A stretch of DNA of 64,000 nucleotides from a virus (IMGVR_UViG_2517572207_000003); one strand, 5' to 3'; positions 29,391-40,006 are shown, counted from the stretch's first letter. A program made the numbers and translations. The notes: a model not told the origin generated them from the letters alone.

Positions 29391-29981
29391 ATGTAAACCT
29401 CCCTAAACGTAAAACACCCCACCGGCTTGAGCCAGCAGAGTGCTACCGATGCTTTCGGATTATAAGATAAGTATAATTGTTTTGGGTGATTTTGTAAATG
29501 CAATATGTATGGTTCATACTGAAAGCCTCTGCAAATATTATATGTAAACAAGTGTTCGTTGTCCAAGGCAAAAAAAGAGCAGTTAGAGTTCTATTCCTCC
29601 TGCCCTTTTCTGTTTTCGATCTGGTGCATTTCAATTACTCTTGATCCTTTGGATACTTTATTAGGGTGGCTATAGCCACCTTCAAGGCTCAAGCTCCAAT
29701 TGAATTGAGCTATTTAGCACGGGGCTGAATGAATGCTGCTAAAAATGTGGATGCGACTCCAAGCTGAAGCCCAAGCATCCGGAACGCGGCAGCTCTCTCC
29801 GATTCGAACGAGATCCACGCAGCGCTATAGCGCCCACTGGCGTCACATAGGCGTTGTTGACAAAAATCTACAACTCTATTTAATAGAAAGATGAGGTTAC
29901 AATGATATGGAAAATATAACCTATATGTTCCATCAATAGTTTACTTCATCCTTATATTTAAGGATTTAGTATAAAAATAAT

Positions 29982-30509
29982 TTGGAAGAGGTGCGTATTA
30001 AAATGAGTAAAAAACTGTCGTCTCTATTTTTATCCTTTCTAATTTCAGTGATATTAGTTGTCCCGGTATCTGCCCAAAGCGTCACCCCTACTCAAGATCA
30101 GTCCTCATCAGTCGAAAATTCTATTCAAGCTCAGCCCTTATCAGTCGAACCATCTTCTTCACAATTAGCTCCTGATTCCTCAAATTCCAATGAAAGTATC
30201 CAATCAATAATAGCGCCTGTGTGGGTAACCAAATCGTTTAATGTAACTAAGAATGGAAGAACAGTAACGGTGGAGTGGGGTATTGCAACGGACTCAATTA
30301 TAAGAGAAGTCAATGCTTCTTTTAAAACGGGAGCCGGTTGGACGGAAGCTACCAGTTTTAAAGGGCCGAATACTGGGGGAGTAACTCTCAGTCAAACATG
30401 GGAATACAGTCAACCAGGGACTTACACAGTCGGCGGAGTTGCTCAACTTTATACAGATAAAGGACCTGCATCTTGCTTTTCGCCTCCAAGAGTAGTAGTT
30501 ATTAATTAA
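29982..30509 (+). CDS. secreted hypothetical protein (moron)
   Basis: signal peptide, S/Q-rich linker, PKD-like C-terminus (YSQPGTYTV). Confidence 0.75.
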   Translation: MEEVRIKMSKKLSSLFLSFLISVILVVPVSAQSVTPTQDQSSSVENSIQAQPLSVEPSSSQLAPDSSNSNESIQSIIAPVWVTKSFNVTKNGRTVTVEWGIATDSIIREVNASFKTGAGWTEATSFKGPNTGGVTLSQTWEYSQPGTYTVGGVAQLYTDKGPASCFSPPRVVVIN

Positions 30510-30524
30510 AGAGTATTTCTACAC

Positions 30525-30797
30525 TTGAGAGGTGAGGAATTGAAAGTTATCGAATTAGCAATTGTATTAAATGATAAAGAGGGCTACTACGCTGAAAATT
30601 TCGACCTGGTTGCCCTGCCTTTTGTCCCAAGAAAAGGAGAAATGATTTTATGGAATAATAAACTTTATCGTGTGCTAGATGTTATGTATAGTTTTGATAC
30701 AAACCCGTACGACTATAATTTTGATGCTAGCCCAAGCACTCAAAGCTCGGTAGCTCATGATATAACCTATAAAGTTTTTTTGAAACCTGAAGATTAA
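30525..30797 (+). CDS. hypothetical protein
   Basis: ORF followed by terminator 30808-30853. Confidence 0.65.
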   Translation: MRGEELKVIELAIVLNDKEGYYAENFDLVALPFVPRKGEMILWNNKLYRVLDVMYSFDTNPYDYNFDASPSTQSSVAHDITYKVFLKPED

Positions 30798-31001
30798 ACA
30801 GACATTAAATAAAGTATTTTCTTAGCCTAAGCACTAAGAAAATACTTTATTTGTTTTTAGCAATAGCACCCCCTATAAAACAGAAAAACACCCCACCAGC
30901 GTATGCCAGCAGGGTATCACCGATGCTTTCGGATTGAAGAGCGTTGTTTTCTTACGTGTGAAATTGTTTATAAACGAAAATAAGAGTTATTAGATACAAT
31001 A

Positions 31002-31346
31002 TTAGTATTTAATTCTAATCGTTACTGTTTCCACTTCACCACCAAATCTATCAACAGTCGATATCTCACCAGCATATGCTCCATCTCCAACAGAAATATT
31101 TTCTGGGTCTGGATATATTTTAATAAGCCCTCTTGGGGATACTGTAAAATCATTTGATTTTCCACTCCCCATGTAGTACCAATAACCTGGACCATATCCT
31201 AATTGATAAGTCTCATTCGGATGAAGAGTAACTGTATACCTAAGCGGTTTTGCATCAGCAACTGATGTAAAAGAAGAGAAGCTTGATACAGATAAACCAG
31301 TTGTTATAAGCACTCCTAAAAATAATGAAATAAACATTTTCTTCAT
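31002..31346 (-). CDS. secreted hypothetical protein (moron)
   Basis: signal peptide from MKKMF; RBS AGGGG. Confidence 0.7.
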   Translation of the reverse strand: MKKMFISLFLGVLITTGLSVSSFSSFTSVADAKPLRYTVTLHPNETYQLGYGPGYWYYMGSGKSNDFTVSPRGLIKIYPDPENISVGDGAYAGEISTVDRFGGEVETVTIRIKY

Positions 31347-31654
31347 AATAAGTCCCCTTTTCTCAGATATAGGCTTACTATAATTTACCACAGATGAATT
31401 TGTCAAGAATTTTCTGGAAAATAAATTTAAGGCTTCATAAATAAAAGACACCCCACCAACTTGAGTCAGTAAAGTGCCCCTATGGGTTTAAATTGCACAA
31501 TGGTGCTTCCTTATGTGTTGTTATCAGTATAATTCGTATGGTCTATATTGTGAATATATATAGAAAAAATTTCCTAGGCCTGATAGACTATATCAAAAAC
31601 ATTGTAATCTATGGATATTAAAAAGGTTGATTATTTGAGAAAGGAACTGCAAAT

Positions 31655-32080
31655 ATGAACGGTTTATCACTTACTACAATAGTTGGAATTTTTGGTGCTG
31701 TTGTTGGAGGAGCTTTAGGTATTTATTTCAGTTCGTATACTGATGTAGTATGGCTAAGTTACATTATAAGATTGTCACTCGCTGCCCTGTTCGGCTCTCT
31801 TTTTTCTTTTCTTGGTTGGTACCTAAACAAAGAGGGTCTTTTAGTTAACATATTTCAACTTATAAATTTATTAGTAGGACTATTATTATTCTATTTATTA
31901 TTTTGTGTAGTTTCTTTTATTGTGTTGTCTTTTACACCTTTCTCTAAAGAACTTATAAATATTTATGGAACCTATATTCCAATTCCCTTGTCCTTTTTAG
32001 CAATAATAATATATATAAAAAAGAAAAAAATTAGCTTCAAAAAATCGTATGATACAACAGAAGACGATATATATTATTAA
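31655..32080 (+). CDS. 4-TM membrane protein (moron)
   Basis: hydrophobic segments, AT-rich, opposite strand to lysis genes. Confidence 0.7.
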   Translation: MNGLSLTTIVGIFGAVVGGALGIYFSSYTDVVWLSYIIRLSLAALFGSLFSFLGWYLNKEGLLVNIFQLINLLVGLLLFYLLFCVVSFIVLSFTPFSKELINIYGTYIPIPLSFLAIIIYIKKKKISFKKSYDTTEDDIYY

Positions 32081-32124
32081 AAAAGCTACCCTACCAGCAA
32101 AAGCGGTAGGGTATTTGCTTTACC

Positions 32125-32685
32125 TTACTCCGTAGTTACAGGCATTTGAACAGCTTCTAACGGCGCTGAAATAGGTCCAGGTTCAGATTGCACCTGAGCA
32201 GGAACAGTATTGGCTACCTCTGCTGTAGCTTGAGCCAAAAAATCATTAAGCTTTGCAGCCAGACCAGATACAGCTTCCTTAGCTGCGGCCTGTGCTGCCT
32301 TCTCGTTCGGCTGTGCTTCAGTAGCCAGTATCGCTTTTGTTCTGGCCTTATACTCCAGATATGCTTTCTCAATCGCTGCTTGAAGCTCCGTAGGCGATAC
32401 CACAATGCCCTGTTCTGTAAGTCTCAAGGATGCATATTGCAAAGCCTCTTGCATCTTGCGAATCCCGCCAGCATCTTTAAACGTAGTCTGAGCAAGTGCA
32501 AAAGCCTCCCCTGCTACTTTATGGATTACCTCTCGCTGTGCCGCTGTTGTACGTGCGTCTAACCACACGTTAACCTTAGTCTTGAGTTTGTTCAGACCTC
32601 CTAAAACAAACGCTGTAAGCACACCCGCAGTGGCTGTGACAATGGTATTTACGTAAGGTTGTACAGTTTCGATAATTGTTTGCAT
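32125..32685 (-). CDS. LL-H family holin-like protein
   Basis: N-terminal TM; K...A...A...L...GI...ELQAAIEKAY. Confidence 0.75.
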   Translation of the reverse strand: MQTIIETVQPYVNTIVTATAGVLTAFVLGGLNKLKTKVNVWLDARTTAAQREVIHKVAGEAFALAQTTFKDAGGIRKMQEALQYASLRLTEQGIVVSPTELQAAIEKAYLEYKARTKAILATEAQPNEKAAQAAAKEAVSGLAAKLNDFLAQATAEVANTVPAQVQSEPGPISAPLEAVQMPVTTE

Positions 32686-32687
32686 GA

Positions 32688-33461
32688 TTATTTATCCCCT
32701 TTCGTTTCAAAAATCCCTGCTCGATCAAGCATCGTGACCATGCGGTAAAAGTCATAAGATCCATCATTAGCTGTATCTAGAACACCTACGGCCTTGGCGT
32801 TGATGCAGGCTTGTTCAGCCCACGTGGGTACTTTGGGCTGTTTGGCCGCTGTCTCCAGTGTCTTGATGCGGTCAGCCTGCGCCTGCACTGTTTTTTGTAG
32901 TTCCTTCAACGTTGCTTTTTCTTCTAGTGTCATGGGTTCATCATCTCCTGTTTTGTTAATCCTGGATAAAACTGAATCAATCTGTGCCTTCGTAGGCCGC
33001 TTACCTGCTCGATACTGTGCTGTGCTCAGGCCAAATACTATTTGTAGATGCGGCAAGTCGGTGAACGTTTTCCAATCGCCTCCCCACTCAAAGCCCAGCT
33101 CCTTAGCAATAGCCACAACCTGCATCCAGTCCGCTTTATGGTCTGCATTACCATCTCTTTGAGTATCCCAGCTTACAGACCGTCCGTCAGGCAGCAGTAA
33201 GGAAAAATCAATAGCCACACCAAAATTGTGATAGCTGGTCCCGCCTTTGGCGTTTGTTACTTTTGGTCCCGGCTTGGTCCGTCCCTGTGCGTAAAGCTCA
33301 TTTTGCTCCGCTATGGTCCGTAGCCCCTGTGTGATTACGATAGGTATACCTAAAGCAAAGGAACGCTCTATAAGGCACTCCGCGGCTGTGCGGACGACAG
33401 GTAAAAGTCCCTGTAAACGCGTTGCAGATTTACTCTTTACCAACTCCAGTGTTATTGTCAC
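32688..33461 (-). CDS. M15-family endolysin (L-Ala-D-Glu peptidase)
   Basis: ITQGLRTIAEQNELYAQGRT, SYHNFGVAID, EWGGDW, DLPH. Confidence 0.92.
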   Translation of the reverse strand: MTITLELVKSKSATRLQGLLPVVRTAAECLIERSFALGIPIVITQGLRTIAEQNELYAQGRTKPGPKVTNAKGGTSYHNFGVAIDFSLLLPDGRSVSWDTQRDGNADHKADWMQVVAIAKELGFEWGGDWKTFTDLPHLQIVFGLSTAQYRAGKRPTKAQIDSVLSRINKTGDDEPMTLEEKATLKELQKTVQAQADRIKTLETAAKQPKVPTWAEQACINAKAVGVLDTANDGSYDFYRMVTMLDRAGIFETKGDK

Positions 33462-33879
33462 TACCGTTTCCCCCTTTTCCTTTCAATACCTCAACCGCTT
33501 GTCGGATCACTGGTGGAATTGGCGCTCCAAGCCTGCCCCCGTTTTCCAGAATCGAAAGCAGCTCATTTGCCATATAAAAATAGGCGACCGCATCCCGGAA
33601 TAGGTGCGAATCGCCTAAAACTCCATCAATCAGATGGGATACTGCTACCATTGCAAAAATAAATACCTTTCGAGCGATACCGATAAGACCAATCTTACTT
33701 TTCAAACCGGGTCCGGTTCCCTTCTTACCTTCAGCACCAGCAGCAAATAATCCGGTCACATAATCAATAATGACCAGAGCAAGTAACACCCCCAATACTC
33801 CCGACCACCCACCGTAAAAATACGTCACAGCGCTACTTCCTAAAGCAGTGCTGAACTTAAAAACCTCCCACTTATCCAC
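33430..33879 (-). CDS. phage holin (toxin secretion/phage lysis holin family)
   Basis: DYVTG...ANELLSILEN; GTG start. Confidence 0.88.
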   Translation of the reverse strand: MDKWEVFKFSTALGSSAVTYFYGGWSGVLGVLLALVIIDYVTGLFAAGAEGKKGTGPGLKSKIGLIGIARKVFIFAMVAVSHLIDGVLGDSHLFRDAVAYFYMANELLSILENGGRLGAPIPPVIRQAVEVLKGKGGNGSDNNTGVGKE

Positions 33880-33901
33880 CTTGCTTCCCCCGTCTCTCCG
33901 T

Positions 33902-34123
33902 TCAGGAAACTTTTCCTGAGCTATCATCGTCTACTTTCTGTTCCTTTTCTTCCTGGGCCTGTATCTCTGCTAATGCATTTCCTACTGCCATATCCAAACC
34001 TTTAAGTATTTCCTTCCGGCGCGCTGGTTGCGAAGCAATAACAGCAGAAATGACCTCGGTCAATTCTTCAATCGGCCTCGTTAAATCCAATTGTATATCC
34101 AATGCGGATTTTATCTTTGCCAT
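33902..34123 (-). CDS. phage hypothetical protein
   Basis: conserved in two other copies in the window. Confidence 0.8.
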   Translation of the reverse strand: MAKIKSALDIQLDLTRPIEELTEVISAVIASQPARRKEILKGLDMAVGNALAEIQAQEEKEQKVDDDSSGKVS

Positions 34124-34443
34124 GGTTTCGTCCCCCCCTCAAGACGCAAAATAAGCCCCTGATTTATCAGAGGCTTTCATACTTATATCTTAAATTGCTT
34201 CTATTGCTGTAGTGCTACGGATTTATCCGCAAGCATACTGTCAATTTCATTAATGTATTCTGTTTGCATTAAGGTGCAATTGGTGGTAGCCTTCTTTCGC
34301 TTTGTCTAATATAAGCAAGGCTGTACCGACCGTGCAGCTTTGCTCACCCAAATAGCTGAGTATATGTTTACACAATCTGCCTTTATAAAGAGTAAAAGCC
34401 TATCCCAAAATTAGGACAGGCTTTTCTATATCTCTATTTTATT

Positions 34444-35064
34444 TTACGTATAGTACTGTGACACTACGGATTTTAATTTCAGTGAAGCTATAGCTTTATT
34501 TATTTCTTCTAGTTCAGTCTTATATTTAGCTATATTAGTTTCAGCTTCTTGTAATACTTCTTCCGTACCTTTTGTCTCGGAATCCAGATTGTCCAACATC
34601 TTCTTATTCCCTGAGTATTCTTCTCTAAGTTTGTTGTATTTTTCAAGAGATTTTTGTAGGTTCTCTTTATCTTTTTCAGTATCACTTACAAATTTTTCGA
34701 GTTCTGATTTTCTCTCTTCCAATTTGGAAACAGGCCATCCCTGGTATTTACCTGAATAAGTTTTCACTTCAGTATTTGTTTGTTTTGAAGAAGAATTATC
34801 CGACGATTCAATTTGAATTGTTTTACCATCCACTTTTAAACTCGCCCCTAAAGAGTCGGTGACAGCGCGAAGCGGAACATGTGCTTTTCCATCAACGACT
34901 ATCGCGTTTTCAGACAGGGAATTACCATTAACCTTTACACTATACTCTCCTGCCACTGTCTGCCCAACCATAGATTTAATTTGATCCGCAAATGCGTTTC
35001 CAGTCGTAGCAAAAACCACACCGATCAACAGACCAATGAGCAAATATGACCATTTTTTCATCAT
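34444..35064 (-). CDS. secreted protein, copper amine oxidase N-terminal-like plus coiled coil
   Basis: signal peptide; IVVDGKAHVPLRAVTDSLGA. Confidence 0.75.
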   Translation of the reverse strand: MMKKWSYLLIGLLIGVVFATTGNAFADQIKSMVGQTVAGEYSVKVNGNSLSENAIVVDGKAHVPLRAVTDSLGASLKVDGKTIQIESSDNSSSKQTNTEVKTYSGKYQGWPVSKLEERKSELEKFVSDTEKDKENLQKSLEKYNKLREEYSGNKKMLDNLDSETKGTEEVLQEAETNIAKYKTELEEINKAIASLKLKSVVSQYYT

Positions 35065-35125
35065 TAGAACCTCCTATGTAGTATATATGTCCTAATATTA
35101 CCATCGGTAGGAGGTGCAGTAAACA

Positions 35126-37288
35126 TTATGTTGACGAGCTACTTGAACTTCCACCAGCGGGAATGTTAACTGTAGCCACAGTTTTTCCTCGGCTGAACAA
35201 TTTTAGATTCCTGGAACCGGGGTCGAATGTTGCATTAACGATTAAACCATTAAACAAATCACCACGTATTTCAGCAATATCATTACGGAAATCTCTGAGA
35301 GTGTTATCAAGACCTTTAATGCTCTCTACTCCTAAAGCCAGTCCACTTATTGTAGCTTCTGAAAAATCTACAGGACCTTTTAAATAAGTGGCATCATCTA
35401 TAGATCGGATAATAATAGGTCCCATGTTGCCTAAATGAAACCCTTCTCTATCTCCGTAGACGCTTCCTCTTGGCGAACCATCATCCATAAACAATAAGCC
35501 GCCACCATCATTATACTGACCTAATGAGACAGCTTCTCCGCCACGAGAATTATAAGCAGTAAGACCATTAGAATTTATTTCTATGCGCCTACCCTCTTTG
35601 GCTGTACGGAATAAGGCCCCTGTAATAATACCGCCTTCTATTTCATTGCCGATCAGTTTACTGCCACGTATTGTACTTGCATTAACTGTACTTGCCCTAA
35701 TATCTGAAGCATTCATTTCTGAGTTATCAATTTGGCCCGTAAGCTTGATTGACCTGGCAACAACATTCCCCTGCATGTCTACCCGGAATGGCGCAATGGT
35801 ATAGTCGTCATTCCCTGCACTGATTCCGTTCGTATTAATTTTGGTTACGTTATTGCCACTACCAATAACCAAGGATACAAAGTTTCCGAGCTGTCCGACA
35901 ATCTGTTCAGCAACAACGCCACGTGCTGTAATTGCTGTTCTTGCTGTTTTACCTCCGTCCGTTGTTAAAACAACCCCGTTTGAAGTCATAATAACTTGGT
36001 TCTGAGCATTGGTCTTGTCCTGTAGGATTATGCCACGTTGATCGTACTTGATTTCCGTTTTGGAATTATCAATGTCGATCACGGCTTGCTTGGCAAAGGA
36101 CTCAAATACTTCCGTTCGGATCTTCCCGTTACTGAACAGATTATTGATAATATTCTTGTTCCGCTCCAGGTCAGAAATGATATCTGCATAGTCCCGTAAA
36201 TTGACATTTGATATGGTAGGCTCACTGTGTTTGTCTCGGCTATACGGATACTCTGTAAGCTCTGTGATTCGGGCTTTAAGTTTGTTCATGTCCATAGCCG
36301 GGTCAATGCACATTACATTGTCGCCCAAAGCTGGTTTAGGTTCAGTATTGTCTATTTTGAACAGGTCCGCCGTCGATACGGTTACCTCCAGCGTCACGTT
36401 TTCCTGTTCAGCAAGCCCCTTACGTGTGGCCTTTAGCAAGTCCTCCGGTTCCTCTATGTCCTGTTCAATGATTTCCCCATCGTAAAAAGGAACCGACTCG
36501 CTGGCCCAATACTGAGCATAAGGTGAAATCAAGTAGTTCACCGCCAGCTTTCCATGCACAATCGTTCCTGGTATGCCTGACAGCAAACTCCGCTCCTCTT
36601 CGGTCAGTTTGGACGCATCCATTCCGATAAAGGTACGTCCATCCTTCATCTGAGCGAACATGCGTGTGACCAAAGATTCACCCTTATCTTTAAAGCTGCT
36701 GGATACGATATTCTTTTTAAGTCGGTACTGTAATCCGCTGTCGGTTCCAATCTTCTTCCTCAGGTTAATAGTGAAGTTGTCCGGTTCAACCTCACACTCA
36801 TACATTTGGATGATCTTGTTGAGAGCTTCCAAGCACGTCCCACGCCCGAAGTCTTTGACATCATGCAAATCGAATGTGTCGTGGATAACGAATTTGAATC
36901 TCCCGCCTGTAGCAGCTGTAATCAGATCCGTGAGTTGATTGAGATGAATTCCATATGCTTCTGCAATGTATGAAGCATATGGAAACTTGTAATCGTTAAG
37001 CTTGAACATGATGTGATTGCAATAGATATTTGCAGTCAGCTTTTTTCCCTCTCGTGATCGGCTACGAGACTGAATAACATAAAATTGGCCACGCTCATCC
37101 TGAACGTGGCCCTTGATTGCTATCTTTTCCCTATAGTCTTCGCTGGTCATCGGGACCATGAAGGTTAATTCATAGTCACTGTTAATCCTGCGCCGCCGCT
37201 GAATGTCATAAGAGTCTACTAGCGTTCCAACACGCCGCATATTCTTATCAAACACTTGCATAGTTGGAGTAGGCATAGTCCACCTCAC
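35126..37288 (-). CDS. phage tail spike/Tal-like (prophage tail) protein
   Basis: RRRINSDYELTF, YRLKKNI, ARITEL; TTDGGKTARTAITA. Confidence 0.85.
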   Translation of the reverse strand: MRWTMPTPTMQVFDKNMRRVGTLVDSYDIQRRRRINSDYELTFMVPMTSEDYREKIAIKGHVQDERGQFYVIQSRSRSREGKKLTANIYCNHIMFKLNDYKFPYASYIAEAYGIHLNQLTDLITAATGGRFKFVIHDTFDLHDVKDFGRGTCLEALNKIIQMYECEVEPDNFTINLRKKIGTDSGLQYRLKKNIVSSSFKDKGESLVTRMFAQMKDGRTFIGMDASKLTEEERSLLSGIPGTIVHGKLAVNYLISPYAQYWASESVPFYDGEIIEQDIEEPEDLLKATRKGLAEQENVTLEVTVSTADLFKIDNTEPKPALGDNVMCIDPAMDMNKLKARITELTEYPYSRDKHSEPTISNVNLRDYADIISDLERNKNIINNLFSNGKIRTEVFESFAKQAVIDIDNSKTEIKYDQRGIILQDKTNAQNQVIMTSNGVVLTTDGGKTARTAITARGVVAEQIVGQLGNFVSLVIGSGNNVTKINTNGISAGNDDYTIAPFRVDMQGNVVARSIKLTGQIDNSEMNASDIRASTVNASTIRGSKLIGNEIEGGIITGALFRTAKEGRRIEINSNGLTAYNSRGGEAVSLGQYNDGGGLLFMDDGSPRGSVYGDREGFHLGNMGPIIIRSIDDATYLKGPVDFSEATISGLALGVESIKGLDNTLRDFRNDIAEIRGDLFNGLIVNATFDPGSRNLKLFSRGKTVATVNIPAGGSSSSSST

Positions 37289-37918
37289 TTAATATAAGAA
37301 TTTATCTCGGTGTGTAATACGGAACAAAACTGTCCGGCCTGTCTCTGGATCTGTCCAGGTAAGATTGTTATTGCCGAGATTTAAGTCAAAGAAATCACCA
37401 TTATACAAGTGAGAAACGTTCTGCCCATTGCGAGTGATCTTGAACTTACCTGAGTCAATCACAATAACTTCTCCCGGTCGGAACACATCTGTAAACTCAA
37501 TGTAGTCGGTATGGAATTTTGACAGTTCCGCCGATATCCTTCCTTCCCCAGACATGGGTACTGCTTGCATCAGAATTTCTCGAACGTATTCTGCGTTAGT
37601 TATGCGTCCCTCGCCAGACATAGGAACGGCTTCCAAGGCATATTCACGGACAAAATCAGCCTGCGCCTGACCTTCCCCGGACAACTCCGCAGCGGCAGTC
37701 ATATCCAAAACAAATTCCAAAATGTATTCCGTTACGGTATCAGGTTCGTCAACATTAAACGACATGAGATTAAACGCATTATCGTTTTCTGCTCCAGCTG
37801 TCTCCACCTTCCGTGAGTACATTTGCCCGGAACCAGAAAGAGATGCAGAAAGGTCAATAATGTTCCCTTCTACATCTCCTGTATTAAAACCAAGGCTATT
37901 AAATCCACCATTAAACAT
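37289..37918 (-). CDS. phage tail protein (Dit C-terminal-like)
   Basis: PGEVIVIDS...NG.N...GDFFDL..G.N.L. Confidence 0.7.
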   Translation of the reverse strand: MFNGGFNSLGFNTGDVEGNIIDLSASLSGSGQMYSRKVETAGAENDNAFNLMSFNVDEPDTVTEYILEFVLDMTAAAELSGEGQAQADFVREYALEAVPMSGEGRITNAEYVREILMQAVPMSGEGRISAELSKFHTDYIEFTDVFRPGEVIVIDSGKFKITRNGQNVSHLYNGDFFDLNLGNNNLTWTDPETGRTVLFRITHRDKFLY

Positions 37919-37950
37919 AGCGTCCTCCTATCAGGCAAGGAAAATTTTCC

Positions 37951-38091
37951 TTACTGGAAGTCCACGCCTGTAATGGTCTTGTATTCTTCCGGTGTGATTT
38001 CACCAAACCGATTGGTTTCCGTCTTCACAGCACCTTTGAGTTGTTCCGCAGTCACCCAACGTTGATTAAATGCAAGCGTCCAAAATCTCAT
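37951..38091 (-). CDS. XkdX-family protein (46 aa)
   Basis: ...GEITPEEYKTITG motif; not in the ORF track. Confidence 0.8.
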   Translation of the reverse strand: MRFWTLAFNQRWVTAEQLKGAVKTETNRFGEITPEEYKTITGVDFQ

Positions 38092-38468
38092 GATCCACTC
38101 TCTCCCTTCAATGAAATAATTTCTAACCGCGCCGCTGCCAACTCCGCGCCCATATTGCTGAGTAATTCCTGCTGCTGCATCGACTGGAGTTTAATTTGTG
38201 CAAGCTCTTGCCCAAGAAGTTCATCACTGGTCGGTTGTGCAGAACCCTTTACAATCAGACCGCCATCTGGTGCAACTTCAATTTCCCGTTCTTCGATAGT
38301 TGCCCCTTCAGGTAAAGGATTCATGGTCTGTTCTTCGTACACAGCTTCTTTCGTGGTCTTTCCCTCGTCGTTATATTCCGCTGGTGACACCAAGACTTGC
38401 TGGAGCTTATAATCCCAAGGCCCGATGTTGATTACCTCGTCATTTAGCACTATACATTCTTTTATCAT
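38088..38468 (-). CDS. phage tail-associated hypothetical protein
   Basis: position between fibre and XkdX; coiled-coil C-terminus. Confidence 0.7.
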   Translation of the reverse strand: MIKECIVLNDEVINIGPWDYKLQQVLVSPAEYNDEGKTTKEAVYEEQTMNPLPEGATIEEREIEVAPDGGLIVKGSAQPTSDELLGQELAQIKLQSMQQQELLSNMGAELAAARLEIISLKGESGS

Positions 38469-39574
38469 TTAACAGCCCTCCATCCCGTGTTTCCTGTTCC
38501 AGATTCTTTGATATACAGAGTCTCCCCTGCATATCCATCCAGCCTTCGATATAGCGATCCTACTGGAGCAGACACGGCTCCTTCAGGACTTCCGTTCCCA
38601 CTGAAAAGATTTGCAGAGGAAGCTTTTAAACTGTTCAGGTCCCCGCCTTGCCAGCCTATATTACCCTCTTCTATCCATAACCCATTACCAAAATTCCAGT
38701 CAGTACCATCTATCGTGTTAGATGGAGATATATATACTCGGCCATTATCCGATTTGTGTAATGCCCATGATTTATACCCTGGACGATAGATGGCTAACGG
38801 AATGGCGTTCTTGCTATCTATCGTTCCCCACACAGAACCGCCGCGAGTCATGAAAATTTCCGTCCACTCTCTCCAGTCAGCACCAGCAAAAGCAATTCGT
38901 GTATAGACACGACCTGGATTATCATGTGAAAAGTACATTTGAACAATAGCACCGCTGTCGTAATTCACCACAAGTTTGCCATAGGTATAGGCTCCGGGTG
39001 GATAGTTCGAAAAACCTGTCCATGCGGAAAGAGCCACATTGTAGCTACCCGATAGGGTGGCATCATTACAGTTTGCTGGTGCATTGCCTCGATTGCGATA
39101 TGCGTTATTTGCTAGGCCATACGCAGAACTTACTGCACTCTCTGTAGCCGCTATATCATCCCGTGTACCGTTAACGGCCTTAGAGAGTTGGGTAACGCCC
39201 TTTTTAGTTAAAGATGCATTCTGAGTCTTCTCGGCTACCGTAGCGGACAAGTCTGTTACCTTTTCATCAATCTCAGTAACATTTCCCTGTACTGCCCGGA
39301 AGTCCGCTGCCGTGAAATTGCGTGCAATCCGTGTACTGACAGGCCAAGCACGGGCAACACCCTCATAGCCACGTACACAGCCTTTCAGAATGTTTTCCTC
39401 TACGCTTGTATACGTAATGGTTTCTGCTACATCCCCATTGCCTAAAACAGCAATACCCTCGCCCTGTAAAAGCACAGCGGCGTTGGCGACTGTAATTTCG
39501 GTTTGACTGTCTGTGATCAGTTCTGCAAGCTCAGTTTTAGGAGAGTTCACCACTGGTGGATACATTTTTTCCAC
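38465..39574 (-). CDS. tail fibre/receptor-binding protein
   Basis: ASLTKKGVTQLS fibre repeat; knob-like domain (SGSY...VQMY...VYTR...WREW); GSPEG...APVGSLY. Confidence 0.82.
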   Translation of the reverse strand: MEKMYPPVVNSPKTELAELITDSQTEITVANAAVLLQGEGIAVLGNGDVAETITYTSVEENILKGCVRGYEGVARAWPVSTRIARNFTAADFRAVQGNVTEIDEKVTDLSATVAEKTQNASLTKKGVTQLSKAVNGTRDDIAATESAVSSAYGLANNAYRNRGNAPANCNDATLSGSYNVALSAWTGFSNYPPGAYTYGKLVVNYDSGAIVQMYFSHDNPGRVYTRIAFAGADWREWTEIFMTRGGSVWGTIDSKNAIPLAIYRPGYKSWALHKSDNGRVYISPSNTIDGTDWNFGNGLWIEEGNIGWQGGDLNSLKASSANLFSGNGSPEGAVSAPVGSLYRRLDGYAGETLYIKESGTGNTGWRAVK

Positions 39575-39583
39575 GTTTCACAC

Positions 39584-39994
39584 CTACCCTTCGTCTACTT
39601 TTATTTGCCCGGCCAGAAACCGAAGTGTGTCATTCGTCTGGACCGTGCGTGGTGTTTTGACTGCACCGTGATAGACAAGATTGCCCCCGGTTGCTGCTGT
39701 CCGAATGCCTATGTGTGTTATCAATCCCCAATCTGCTCCAGCGATAGGAAAAGAGACATCCCCCACGCTGGAAGTAACAGCTCTACGATCTGCTATAACT
39801 GGTTCTGAGAACGCCACAGCACGGCGCGTATAGCCTCCACCGCTTACTTCCTGCCCTGTATCCGCATCTGTTGGATTACTGGTGTATAGGGCAATGTAAA
39901 GCGTTTGAGGAGAAGCAAAGTTAACTCCACGCAAAGCCGCATTAATACAGGCTGTTTTCCACCAGTTCGACTTACTTAGTAATATGTCTGCCAA
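39584..39994 (-). CDS. phage tail protein
   Basis: YIALYTSNP...EVSGGGY.R...F...WG.ITH.GI..AATGGN. Confidence 0.8.
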   Translation of the reverse strand: MADILLSKSNWWKTACINAALRGVNFASPQTLYIALYTSNPTDADTGQEVSGGGYTRRAVAFSEPVIADRRAVTSSVGDVSFPIAGADWGLITHIGIRTAATGGNLVYHGAVKTPRTVQTNDTLRFLAGQIKVDEG

Positions 39995-40006
39995 TATAAA
40001 GACCTC

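Noticed and set aside
29640-29860. GC-rich intergenic patch, possible tRNA or ncRNA
   Set aside because: No cloverleaf could be built; probably a decayed gene fragment
38465-39574. Diversity-generating retroelement or invertible tail fibre
   Set aside because: No reverse transcriptase, invertase or duplicated variable repeat seen
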